Part shown: piece by piece, positions 48,542 through 60,910 of the stretch
Numbering within the stretch: the first letter of the stretch is position 1
Layout of the letters: each line of letters opens with the position of its first letter
Assembly (NCBI GenBank): GCA_964016885.1
Contig: OZ024741.1
Location: 79,918,001 to 79,982,000 of the forward strand
Source of the DNA: Eledone cirrhosa
Taxonomy: Eukaryota
DNA length: 64,000 nt
Direction of reading: 5' to 3'
Program-made: the position numbers and the translations under genes
Notes under the pieces: model-generated
Told to the model about the DNA's origin: nothing
What the model saw: only the letters and a program-made list of their open reading frames with translations
The model's database searches: none

Positions 48542-50699
48542 TTACCTTACTTCTCGCAGAGGAAGGATGGTTTCTTCATCCCTTTTCACTTGATCGTCTG
48601 GTGAAGGGACCGTTGGATCGTCCCTTCGGCTGGTCGTCGGCTCTTCTGTGAGTATATCCGAATATACTCTTCGGTTGAGTGTCCCTCCTAGGTCTCTGAA
48701 ATCACCAACTGCGTTGGGGAATTTCGTTTTAATGTTTGTGTATTGTTTCTGTGATATTCTTACCAGTCTTATGTTCGTTGGTGTTTTGATTGGTGCTGGT
48801 ATTATGTAGTCGTGCTGTGAAATGTCTGTGTGTTCAATTATGTAAGTCATTAGTTTCTTGTTGTGTGTATTTATTGCTGTGCATTTGTTTTTCTGGGGGT
48901 GGGGTATGGTTCTGCTATTTTCTTGTCGTTGTTGCTGGGTTTGTGTGTTTTGTTGTTGTGTTTGCGATGTTGGTGCTTGTGGTGGTGGTGTTGAAGGTGT
49001 TGTTGTTGTTGGCGGTGGGGTTGCTGCCGGTGGTGATGGTGGTGCTAGTGTGGGTAGTGATGGTGTTGGTGGTGTTGCTGCTGTAAGTCTCTTTGCAGTA
49101 GCCTTTACCCTTTTTTCGTTTCTTTCCTCCCTTTTCGAAGGCGGCGAGGCGTTGCTTCTGCGTTTGTGCCTTCTTGCGACCTTTAGCCATCCCTCTCCCA
49201 CCTCACACGCCATGTCCGATTCTGTGAGGTCGGGGAGGGGTACCAGCTACACTCTTTCACTTGTTGTTGTTGGTGATGTTTGTAGTGGAGTCTCTGTTGC
49301 AGCTGCAGTTGGTATTGCTGTTGTTGTTGTTAATACTTCCACTGCTGCTGCTGTTCTTGATTTCCGTGGCGTGGGTATGGGTGCCACGGACCTATCCTTC
49401 CTGGTTGCCGCCTGTCCTGTTGCTGGTAGCAGTGGAGCCGGTTTCGGAAGGAGGGGGGTTTTCTCCTTTCTCAGGGTCTTCTCATTACAGAAGGCCCTGA
49501 GGTGAGTCTTCGATCCACAGCGAAAGCATTTCGGGCGTTTGCCCTCAACACTTATGGGCAGTTAAGTGCCGTTATCGAAGTCTATCACATCCGGGATAGC
49601 TTCGATGCACTCCTGGTTGGTTTGGATTAACATCTCAATGGAGGTGCCGACCCAATCTTCTCGTATTTTTTTCTGTACTTGCAGTACAGTTGTTTTGTCC
49701 TCGATTCCGACGAGGACAGATGCGGCCAGCCAAGAAGGGGCCATCCCGGGGGTGACGTGGGTCAGTTTGACCCTCACAATTTTTTGTCCGCAGTAGGAGG
49801 GCACCAACACCATTTCCTCGCTCCTTAGGGTCACTAAGGATTGAGTCTTTGCCTCCTGGGGTGTGGCAAAAAGCACGTCCACGGTGGCATATTTCTTGCC
49901 TCGGGTGATATGCGTTTTCCGCTGCCACACAGTTCCTAAGGCTTTTTGTATTTGAGCCTCTGTGGCTCTTTCAGCCCTACGTGATTTTGTGCTTACTGTA
50001 CGGTACGTGACCGTACAGTGCTGTTGGGTTTCGAAATATTTTTCGGCTGCCTTGCAGATTGCTCGGTGTCCGGTTTTCGTTACCATCTTCTTTGCTTCCT
50101 GTAATTCCTCATTTTTTATGAGGATGGTTTCCAGGTTCTTTGCTATACCTGCAAACGAGATTGGTTTTTCTTTGTTGTTGTTGTTGTCGTCAGAGCTGCT
50201 GTTACTTTTGTTGTTGCTGCTGGTACTACGACTACTGCTGCCGCCGCTGTTGCTGTGGTTGTTGTTGTTGTTGCTGCTGCTGCTGTTGTTGTTGCTGTTG
50301 TTGCTAATGCTGTTGTTGTTTATGCTGCTGCTGATGCTGTTGCGGCTGCTACTGTTGTTTTCCTTGTCACTGTTGCTGCTGCTGCTGTTATTACGGCTGC
50401 TACTGCTATTATTCATGACGTCAGACGAATGAAATGGGTTTCTGTATTTACCGCACACATTTTTCGTCGTTGTCGTCGTCGTGGAGAAATGTTCCACGTT
50501 TTGCACGTGCTCTTGGAAACTATCAGAAACTATATTTTTCTTTTTCTCTACTGGCGTCGCTTGCGAAAGAGAAGGGAGGGACAGAGACACATTTAGAGAA
50601 GGGAGGGAGAGAGAATCTTCTCTCTGGTGTAGTGACGATTGAGGAAGAAGAAGACGGAATGAGTGGGAGTGACTTGTGAAAAGTCTTTTTTGTAGCCAT
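48542..50699 (-). pseudogene. ORF1p of LINE B, interrupted
   Basis: Ser/Asn-rich N-terminus, YATVDVLFATPQEA, knuckle CFRCGSKTHLRAFC (~49490-49530), ends LPLREVR. Confidence 0.85.
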
Positions 50700-50974
50700 G
50701 TTTTTTTTGGTTTAAAATAAATATTGGCACAAAACCCCAACAAGCGGTTATTTAACCCCGAAGGGCCAAATAACGGGCAGAAAGACCCCTCTCACGAGGA
50801 GGAGGGTGTTTTTGTCTACAATTTGGTTAAAGTTTTAAACAATTTCCAATTGTTATAGCGGTTAAAATTTACTATACCTTACAGAGCCGAGCCTCCGTCA
50901 ACCATGTCATTCAATAATAATAATAATAAGAAGAAGAAGAAGAAGAAGAAGAAGAAAAAGAAGAAGAAGAGAAT

Positions 50975-51172
50975 GGTTTCTTTATTAGCCACAGCCTTTA
51001 CATTAAGAGGACAATAAGAACAGTACAGGGCAGTACAGTGTGGGTTTTGTTGCGGGGGGGGGGGGAGTATAAAAATACTAAAAAATAAACATTTAAAATA
51101 AAGACATAACAAATTCCCCAATAGAGGGAGGAGACTTCCGAGGGTTACTCGAGGAGAAAGCCCACAAAAGCC
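50975..51172 (-). mobile_element. Tx1 LINE C, 3' UTR only
   Basis: Homologous to the 3' UTRs of A and B (gagacttccgaggg, ggagaaagccc, tttctttatt) with a (CTT)n(ATT)n tail at 50913-50971. Confidence 0.8.
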
Positions 51173-51519
51173 AGTCGAAATTGAATGGACGAAATAAGAT
51201 GGAAGCTATCAATACATGGGCGGTATCACTCCTTATATATGAGACGGATTGTTATCACGTGGACTGTAGAAATGCTAAACAGTTTATACCGAAAAGCAAG
51301 AAAGATATTGATTAGATAATTAGTATTCCACCCAAATGTAAAATACAGGCTTCGACATCGTAAATTGGAACATAAGCGAATTTCCCAGAGATGGTGTCTC
51401 GGTGAAAACACTGCTGGTGGTGGTGGCACCTTAAATCATCAGCTGCATCATAAGTAAAAACCACAGAAATTCATAATATATAGAAAACCCCGAAACTGGT
51501 AGTCGAGCCAATGAATTGG

Positions 51520-53705
51520 GCTTCTTGGGAACCTATAGAACTAAAACTATCAGGAATTTTAGGTGTGTGAGACAAGAAGAGATCCACAGGGGTTGTAATC
51601 CTGTTACTACAAATAAGTCCCCTAGTTTAGGAAGAAGAACAAAATGAATGATAGAGCTAAAGATAGTTATGAAGTTCTATTATGTAAACAACTCAGCCAT
51701 AGCAGGATTGAAGGAAAGAAATGGGCTGGGCAAGGAAACTCCATTAAAAGTAATGGGTACTTATCAATACAAGAGCTGCAAGAGTTAAATTATGGTGCGG
51801 TTGCTGATTACAAATCATAGACACTAGAAGAGAAGGATAAAATAGAAATCATGATAAATTATCTAGAACCAACTGAACAAAGTAACTTAACAAACTGGTA
51901 AGAATATACTACTTTATAAGCGAACCAGATAAGAGAAGGTACAGGCAAAATATGTAACCAATCTAGAACGAAATAGATGTTTCCAGTGGCAGGACAGACA
52001 CACTCAAGGCAAGCATGATCTATAATACAAAATGACAAATTAATTGAGTAGAAAATAAAATTGAATAGAAAGAAAATCGAATTGGGATGGTCAGAAAGGT
52101 GATGAAATTGAATGATTGGGCAAGATACTGACCAACTGAAACAAAAGAATAATGAGAAACATGTCAAGCTAAGAACGTTTAGTAGAAAGAAAGTAAAACA
52201 AAAAAAACAAAAGAGTTCAACCATGTTATAGGATACGTAGAACTAAACTCTCTACCAGAAGTAAATAACCTATACAAATTGGCAGCAGAAGTAGTAGCCA
52301 AATAAATTAGCCTGGTAGAAAAGACGAACAGAAAACGGTGTAAAGACCTTGAGACAAGAAGTAAGCCAACTACAGTCTCCAAAAGACATCAAGAAAAATA
52401 TTAATCACCAAAACTACAGAAAGAAAATATAATCTGTAAAAGAGAGGAGTAAATGTTGTAATTGAAGAACGGGAGAAAAGAGTGACGGCAAAGACATTTA
52501 AGATGAAATGACCGAGAGTAGAATAGAACCAAGTTTTATGATCAGAAAAGATTGTTTAAGGATCTGGAAAGAGTAGAATGACAATAATGATGTACTAGAT
52601 AAAGAAAGAAGCAAAGATTTGGGGTGATATATAGAGCACGGTGGTTAACCAAAAGAAGGTGAAGTGGATAGAAGTAGAAAATTAACTGAGGCAACGGGTT
52701 GATATAATAATCACTCCGGAACTCATTGCAAAACAAGCTGCAAAACTGTCAAATTGGAAGTCACTCGGACTAGACGGCTTTCAACGGTTCTAGCTGAAGA
52801 ACGTGAAAGCTGTGCAGCAGGTGCTGGCGAATCTATTAAATTCAAGTCTCAGGGGTGGAAGTATCCGGTATTGCATTACTAAGGTAAAACAACCCTGATC
52901 ATGAAAGACAAATAGAAAGAGGCTGAGGTCTCAAACTACAGACCAATAACTTGTTCCCCTCTGCTATGGAAATTATGAGTAAGTATGTTTACATAAAGTA
53001 CCTATGCACACCTAGATGCACAAAGCACACAGACTATTCAACAGAAATGATATCGAAAATATTCACGAGGAACAAAAGACTAGCTGTTAATTGACAAGAT
53101 GACAATAAGAAACTGCAAGAGGAGAAAAACTAGGTTAGGAATGTGGTGGATCAATTTCAAGAAGGAATGTGATATGATCCCCTCTTTTGGAATTTGAAGG
53201 CACTTAAAATGTTTGGAATTGCAAATAACATTACTGAACTGATGCAGCATGACAGGGCAGAGAACAGAACTAACAGCAGGGGGTCACACACGTAGAGCAG
53301 ACAAAACAGGTCGGGAGATTTTTCCAAGAGGATAGCATATCCTCCCTGTTGTTTATCATTGCACTCATTCCACTTTCGCTTGAATTGAAGCAAACATAAA
53401 CTGGATATGATTTGGATGAGCTAAAGTTATATGGCGAGGATGAGAGTATTTAGCAATGACATAAAAATGGAGTTTGGTATTTCCAAACATGGAGTCTTTG
53501 TATTGAAGTGAGGCAAACACAGTAAAAGTGAGGGGATGAATCTATTAAACAAAGAGATGATTCAATATATTGACACCGACAGCAGATATAAGTATCTGGG
53601 TGTTTTGGTATCCGAAAATATAAGAGATAAACTAATGTAAAACAGAACCAGAAAAGAATACTTCTGAATTGTAAAAATGGTATTAAAATCTAAACTGAAT
53701 GGCAT
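51520..53705 (+). mobile_element. Highly degraded LINE relic, probably R4/NeSL-like
   Basis: NWKSLGLDG, NYRPITCSPLLWKL, gattttccaagaggatagc (GIFQGDS-like) and YKYLGV remnants at 52740-53700. Confidence 0.65.
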
Positions 53706-54336
53706 AAATCATGGCTTTGATAGGGCCTCTGTTCGTGTTCTAGAACCCAGAGGTTGTAATTAATATATGGAAGGATGAAATGAAATTCAAACTCGAAATG
53801 TAAAGACACTAAACTGACGCTTGTTTCGGTACCTCCGTTTCTTTAAGATAATATTAATAATTTAACGACCCCGTAAGGATGAAAGGCAAAGTTGACCGCG
53901 ATCTAAGTTCAAATGCCGCCGAGGTTAACTTTGCCTTTCACCCTTACGGGGTCGATAAAATAAAGTATTTTCCCTTCCTCCAAAATTGCTGGCCTTGTGC
54001 CTTATAAGAAACCAATATTAATAATTTAACATTGGCACCGATTTGGAGTATGTTAGACTTGTTCTCTTTTGAAAAATGACAAATTAATTCAGTGATCCAT
54101 GACACCGCCTTTGAAGATTATCGTCATCGTTATTTCGTTCATGCTTAACAGTCTTGTATTTAAAGGTCAACTTATCTGCTATTTCACTGAATCGTGAAAT
54201 TACGTGACCCGTATATGAAAAAATGGCTTTCCCTCTGATGTATCGAAACACCCCACCCACCCCCTCTCTCTCTCACACACACACATAATCAATTAGCGCC
54301 AAATTTTTCTTTATTTAAAAAAATTGTCTATCATTT

Positions 54337-54416
<80 letters not shown>

Positions 54417-54639
54417 TATCTGTCTATCGGTCTGTCTGTGTTATATAGAAAACATGACTGTATTCCAGTTTCATCATTTACATCAAGGTGTTTTCGTATT
54501 TCCTTGGTTATTTATGCATAGTTTGGAACAGCGGCATTCCTAAATCAAAGTATATATTAACGTTTCGAACTTTCATAACTCCATTTTCAGAATTAGAATG
54601 TTCATGATAGTGGTGTGTAGGTCAATGACCGTAAAGTAC

Positions 54640-55380
54640 CATGTAAATGGTAGGATATAGTGAACGCCCGATTTAAAATTGCTCAATGGTTAAAGCCAAG
54701 AGTGTGTACTGTCATCTCTCCTGTTCATTATTTTCATGAACAGGATTGACATGCGCAGCCGCGTTGGAAGTGATATCACGACTGGTGGGTATAAGATCAG
54801 TCGGTTGGAATTTGCAGACGACATGGTGTTACTTAACTCGACAGAAGGTGATCTTTGACTTGCATTTGATAGATTTGATGTCGAGTGCTGCATGGCTAAA
54901 CTGAAAATCAGTGCTGCAAAACCTGAGACACTCGTCCTCTCAAATAAGCCTGCGCATTGCACTTTACATGTGAATGGAGTTCCACTGAAGCAGGTTGAGA
55001 ATTATCTTGGGGCCATGTTCACGAGTGTTGGAAGGCAGGAGGCTGAATTACGTGCAAGAATTACAGAAGCTGGTGCAATAATGCGCCAGCTTCAGCATTC
55101 TATGATCAGAAGGGAGGTAGGTGTAAAAGCCAAACTCACTATCTTCAATTCAGTATTCGTGCCAAGCCTTACTTATGGTCATGAATCTTGGATAATGACC
55201 AAAAGAATACGATCACGAAAACAAGCGACCGAAATGGGGTACCCCAGAAGGGTCTTTGAAGTAAAGTTACTCGATAGAGGGCGTAGCTCAGAGATAAGAT
55301 AGTCATTCCAGATAGAGCCGCTACTTCTCCGAATTGAGAAATCACAGCTCTGATATTATAGGCATGTGGTAAGAATGTTT
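54640..55380 (+). mobile_element. RTE-like LINE fragment (RT C-terminal part)
   Basis: QECVLSSLLFIIFM, FADDMVL, YLGAMFT, LTYGHESW, EMGY. Confidence 0.85.
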
Positions 55381-55396
55381 CGTCAGGATCCCAAAA

Positions 55397-55727
55397 GCTG
55401 CCCGCACTCACGCAGCCGAAGTGCTAGCGTCGGCTATCGACCAAGAGCTTTACTTGATGCCACCATCCGAGGCTGTGCAGAACTCATCTGCAAAGTTAGT
55501 TTCGACAGCGCCGTCTGGCAATAGACGAAGTTCTCAGTGAGGTTTGGTGGCCTGATGCGGTGCCATTTTCGTCAACCGGTACCCTTTTTTATGACGAGTG
55601 TGTTCACGTCGAAGTGGCCCAACGCCTCGGCCTCCGCGTGTGTGAGCCACACAATGCCGTTGTGAGGTTGTCGTCGACAATTTTGGCCTGTACCCACTGT
55701 CATGCCGCCAGATTGCAGGCCGGTTTC
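55397..55727 (+). mobile_element. CRE-clade fragment (post-RT region and zinc finger)
   Basis: VSFDSAVWQ*TKFSVRFGGL (W.QA.LP.R.GGL-like) and QCRCEVVVDNFGLYPLSCRQIAGR (C.C...D..G.H..SC....GR-like). Confidence 0.6.
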
Positions 55728-57746
55728 TAGTCTTTTCCTTTACTTTCCTATACAGCCAAATCTGTCCTTCTTTACCACTTCCCCTTTCCATCATAGTATA
55801 ACTTTTGTTTGTGAAATATAGTTGATATAATATTAAAAAATTATTCATTCCTCTTTTGTTTTCTATTTCATATTGATATCTGGTTTATTTATTTATTTGT
55901 TTGCTTATTTATCTATCTATTTATTGATTGATTTATTTTGCGGAATGGCAAAAATTGTAGTTAACTATGTATTTTTTTTTTTTTTTCAGATTTCATCAAA
56001 GTGGGTTTAAAATATCTACGTATAATGTCTTATGTCAAATTGTATATGTTTTTATAAATAATAGATTACTGGTTTGTTAACAGTGTCCTATTTCAATAGT
56101 GCACAGTACTTGCTGTACTAGAGAATATATCTATAGATTTTTAATCAACACTATGTGTATAGACTGATATAAACACAATGCATATTCAGTGTTTTAATGC
56201 TCTACTGTATGTACTATAGAATACTGTAAAATATATCTATTCATTTGTTATGGACAAGCAGTGTACAGATGAAACTCCAGAGTAACAAGATTCATTACTT
56301 AGCCATAATAAATGAATATTCAAACTCTACTTCAGTATTGAGTACCCTTTTTTCTCGTCCATCAACTTACATACGGATAGAATATACCAATAGATTTTCA
56401 TTCACAATATTTTCATGGACAGAAAAAGAGGGATCAGCGGGACTATTCAATCATTGCTGTAACTATACTTTATATCTATTGAGACATTTTCATAGGCTTT
56501 GCAAAGAAGTTTATTTTTGATGTATTTGATGTTTATTTACAACTTAGCTTCAATTCCGAACTTTAAATTCTAATACGAGACTGTAAAATACTTTAATATA
56601 GTTAATCAACCCAAGAGGTGTTTTGTTTGAAACTTATATTCCTACATTGTGTAGAATACCTCATATTTGCGTCAGTCACGAATACATAAAAACGAGTTTG
56701 TTTTAAACAACTTCCTCTCTTGCGGCCCTGCTGATGAAGTGAATACATGTGTGTATAGTTTTCCATTTGTTTATCTCACAGAAACATAATTATCTCCAAG
56801 GTATATGTATTTTATTCCAGTATGTATGCCTTGATTGATTTTTAGTCCGTTCGGTCTACATCCTGTTTTGTATATTATCTCTCTAGCTTTGCATACATCT
56901 ATTGACTACTCTTCTTAGAAATTGCCCGGAAATATATTCTCGTTGTATTTAACAAATATTTGCTCACACTCGCTCACATACTCACATACACACGTGCGTA
57001 AGTATGTATGTACGCATGTAAATATATATGTATATGTGTGTGTGTATCTAATTTATTTCTAACAGGTGTGAATGTGTGTGTGTATGTTTGTGTGTGTGAA
57101 TGTGTGTGTGTGTGTTCACAAAATTAGAAATATATTGAAGGTCATAAATGTATGGTGGGATCACTTACATTCATAATAATATGCAACTATTATATAGAAT
57201 AATGAAAGCAAAGTGAACACAACATATATCATACATCAAATGTTTCAGAGTCAGCAGATAAGCTCAGATTAATTCCCTTGCCAAACAAATAGAACAAAGA
57301 GATATTTTATGATTTCCATGAATCTAATTTGAACAAATGTATTTATAAATGACTTTTCGTATTAGGCATTCTGTTGAAATTTGAGCTTGTAATAATTATT
57401 TGATTCTGTCTCTGGCACACGGTTATATATCTTAAGTGGTGGAGGATGTGAAATTTACGCAAGTGGCTCTAACGTTCTAACAGTTATCATTTGGTTTTAC
57501 AAAATTCCTCAATGTGATGTTTGACAAATCATAGCTGGTCATTCAGATTGTTTTGATGTGAAAGTGCTATTTTTTGCAGAGGCGAAGCAAGAATTTTGAG
57601 GGCAGCCGTGTATTCAAGAGGCAGTTTGTCTTCATCATTTTGTTTAAGGTCCTCCATTTATGCCATGAGGAATCCACTGCTGCTTTGTGCAACTGTGAAA
57701 AGCATATCTAGAACATCGTACTAATCCTCACTCATTCTACTTGCTT

Positions 57747-58260
57747 TCACTTGGGATAGGCTTTTCCATTTATTTTTGTTTTCCCACGCTGTTCGTTCTC
57801 CATGTCCTCCTCATTGTCGCAAGACGATGCCTTTACAATAATGGCTGTAGCTGGGAGAGGGGCTACTCTAATTGTTAAGAAGCGAGTCTTGTTACCGTTC
57901 TCGGGGCTGTAGTTGGTGGTGTGAGTCTCGGTACTGTTAGAAGTGCAACCTCCAAGGTCCGCTGGTTTTGTTACTCTCCGCCGTTCTTTCTTCTCTGCCT
58001 CTCTAGCTGCTTGGGACAGAAAACCCTCACAGTGATCTTCGTGACACAAGTAAAACAGGTGAGGCTTTCTACCCTCCATTCGCACACCCTTGAAATTGCC
58101 CCGTGGTTTTCGGGGATCATTAAGACTTGTAAATCCATACTGGCTCCTCCTGACGTCATACAATTTCTCGTGACCTCTACATTCATAACCTGCACATATT
58201 GGGCTTCAAAAGTGACAATAGACCATCGATCAATGCCCTTAACAGTCACTCTTGTATTTT
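57747..58260 (-). pseudogene. Relic of a Tx1-type ORF1
   Basis: MDLQVLMIP..VRMEGRKP-CFTC..H..FCP across frames, resembling the ORF1 knuckle region of LINEs A and B. Confidence 0.5.
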
Positions 58261-59339
58261 GTTGACCCGTTTATTATATGAACATTTGTGCTGGTATATG
58301 ACGCACCAAACTAACCTATCGCATTGCCTCGCTTCGTGTTGAAGAGTAGACATAAACATCTAAGCTACTGGCCATAGTTTATGGAAACTATATCATTCCA
58401 TGCATTGGCCAAAGCTTCCTACAACTGTTCTTACGAGCGTGTGTAAAAGCCCTCTCCATTTTAACAATACAGAGGTATGTTATCTTCGCTTTTGCACGCT
58501 CTTATATGGTTTGCTCGAGCGAGAAAATTCTATCCCTTGTAATACACATATATTTTCCCCCTTCAAACCAACTGCTTATTAGATATACTTCTTGGTTTGA
58601 AACACTAGAAAAACTCATATCAGTATTGGCTTTGACTAGTTCAATATTTTCCCGTTTGCGATGTTTATTGTAACTGTTTATTCGTTTTCTTTTGTTTTCC
58701 CTTTGTCAAATTGTCTGAAACGTCGATAATTCCCCCACCCCCTTTGTTCACGTCATTTTTCATTGATTTCTTATTGTTATTATTCTATCTTGCTTTTGCA
58801 AATCATTTTCTTTCTCTTAGAAAACACAACCTCAGCTGGATTTAAATAAAGAACATAAATGACCGTAACTAGACATACTAGACAGTCCGATACAGTGCAT
58901 CATTAACGTAACAATTCTATAATTTATAATATCCTTTACAAACCACTGAATTAATAAGCAACTACTCTGCTTTACAAAATATATATTGCTTCGATTCTTT
59001 TTAATGTCGTGACACTGCATGATTTGTTGGATTTGTCACATGAATAATTTTAATGTCAGACAGAAATATTACCAGTTCATGGTCCAAATAAAACTATTGT
59101 AAAACAGATTGTATTGGAACTGAAACAATTGCATCGTAGAAGACCCATGTTAACCATTTAAATACACATAAAATATAATACGTTCATTTTGTATCATTTC
59201 TTAATAGTATCCTCTATAAAAAAAAAAGACCTGGCCACTGACATAATTCCACAGCATCTGTCGACACTGGTCAGTTTTTATAAGCCAGTTATTGGTCAGG
59301 TTTTATAATCTAACTTTTTTTCAGTTCCTTAATTCCGCT

Positions 59340-59600
59340 TTAAGCAGATGAGTCATTAATATCTTGTATACGTCAGTTTGATAAAGTAATTGTTTTATAC
59401 GTTCTCCGGTTTAACCTCTGAGAGACGTTTGTTAGGTAGACTATACGGAACAGGATAGGGGACAATGGTCTCCCTGGAATATTCCTCTGCGTATCAAGAT
59501 TTCTTGTGAGTTTGTGGTCCCTTTGCTGTGTGTCAATAAAAGAGTTGTTTTTTATGAACCCATACTCTGTTTCAAGAAATTTATAATTATTGGAGATATT
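59340..59600 (-). mobile_element. Short RT relic
   Basis: Minus strand cgcagaggaatattccagggagac encodes RRGIFQGD. Confidence 0.5.
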
Positions 59601-60501
59601 TTGTGAATTTCAAGAGCTTGAAGAATTTATCGAATGACAATAAAATTATTTAAATAAACAAAACTATTTAAATAAACAAAATGAGAGTATTCTGCTAAAA
59701 ATAAATAATTAACAAGGATTTGTAAACCAGGTCTTAAAGATATTAAGGGAAACAGGAAAAAAGATGATATAGCAACAGATAGATACAATGGGAAATAATT
59801 GTTTCTACTTTAGGCACAAGGCCAGCAATTAACCATTAATTATGCATTACTGGTACTTTATTTTATCGACCCCGTAAGGATGAAAGGCAAAGTCAACCTC
59901 GGCGGGATTTGAACTCAGATCGTAAAGGGACGTAACTATGCTGGAAAGCATGGCGTCCGACCCTCTACCGATACTGCCAACCCACAAATAGCTAGAAATT
60001 GCATTTCAAATCATTCAGCAAAGACATAACATATCAAGGGTGGAGGTATATGGGGAAGAATCTAGAGACAAGCTATCAAATTGTAATCCTCCAGTATCTC
60101 AACCAGATATATAACTTTATAAAACATAGATACTGAGCAATCTTAACAAAGACGCTGATGTCTTCGAACAAGACATAGTTCTTTAAATTGCATTGTATCA
60201 CGAAGAAGTTGTATGGAATTACCATTATGCTTTCGTGAAGACTATTCAGAAACTGTATAGCATTATTTGCAAATACTACCGGTCTGAAAGAGAGAGAATA
60301 TTTTAAAACTGGTCATAAAAAGGCTACCAGTGGTGGAGTTGTAATATATTTCAAGGATCTACCAACCATAAATAAAATCTTCCAAATAAGGGAGGTTAGA
60401 AAAAGATTTAACAAAAGAAATATTTAACCGTTCTTTATTTTTCGATCTTCTTTTGATCTCTGTGCCCTTCTCTGTTCTCTGTGCCTGTCTGTCTGTCTCT
60501 T

Positions 60502-60562
<61 letters not shown>

Positions 60563-60910
60563 GGGAAAGTAAAAAATCGGAGAATAGACCGTTAAAACAT
60601 GTTTATTTAAAATATCACCTACGTACGTTTCGCCCAGTTGGGCTTCTCAAGGGCATAAATAATCACAAGTGTTCCTTATATTGCTCGGAAAGAGTTTTTG
60701 GGGTTAAATCCACATCAAGGTTCATTGCTCGCAAAAATATCTTGTTTTGATTTTGCAGCAGGTCAAGGGAGGTAACTCTGGCCGGTGTTAGGGCAGTCTT
60801 TCCCGGACAATTTTTTTTTTTTTTTTTTGCCGCATTTTTTTCTCTTTCTCGATACGTAAATACTATATTACCGTGCTCATTTTGTAGAGCATCTCACCTT
60901 ATTTGCCATT

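Larger units (their letters stand above)
44898..50912 (-). mobile_element. Tx1/L1-clade LINE B, full length, ORF2 degraded
   Basis: Same organisation as LINE A, with an (ATT)n tail at 44868-44897. Confidence 0.93.

Noticed and set aside
55970-56060. Strong splice acceptor (T-run then CAG) suggesting a host exon
   Set aside because: No supportable reading frame or partner exons; cannot be called without transcripts
56726-56800. CTGATGA...GAAAC hammerhead-like string
   Set aside because: Stem II (gtga/tcac) is plausible, but there is no convincing stem I or cleavage triplet; at most an old relic
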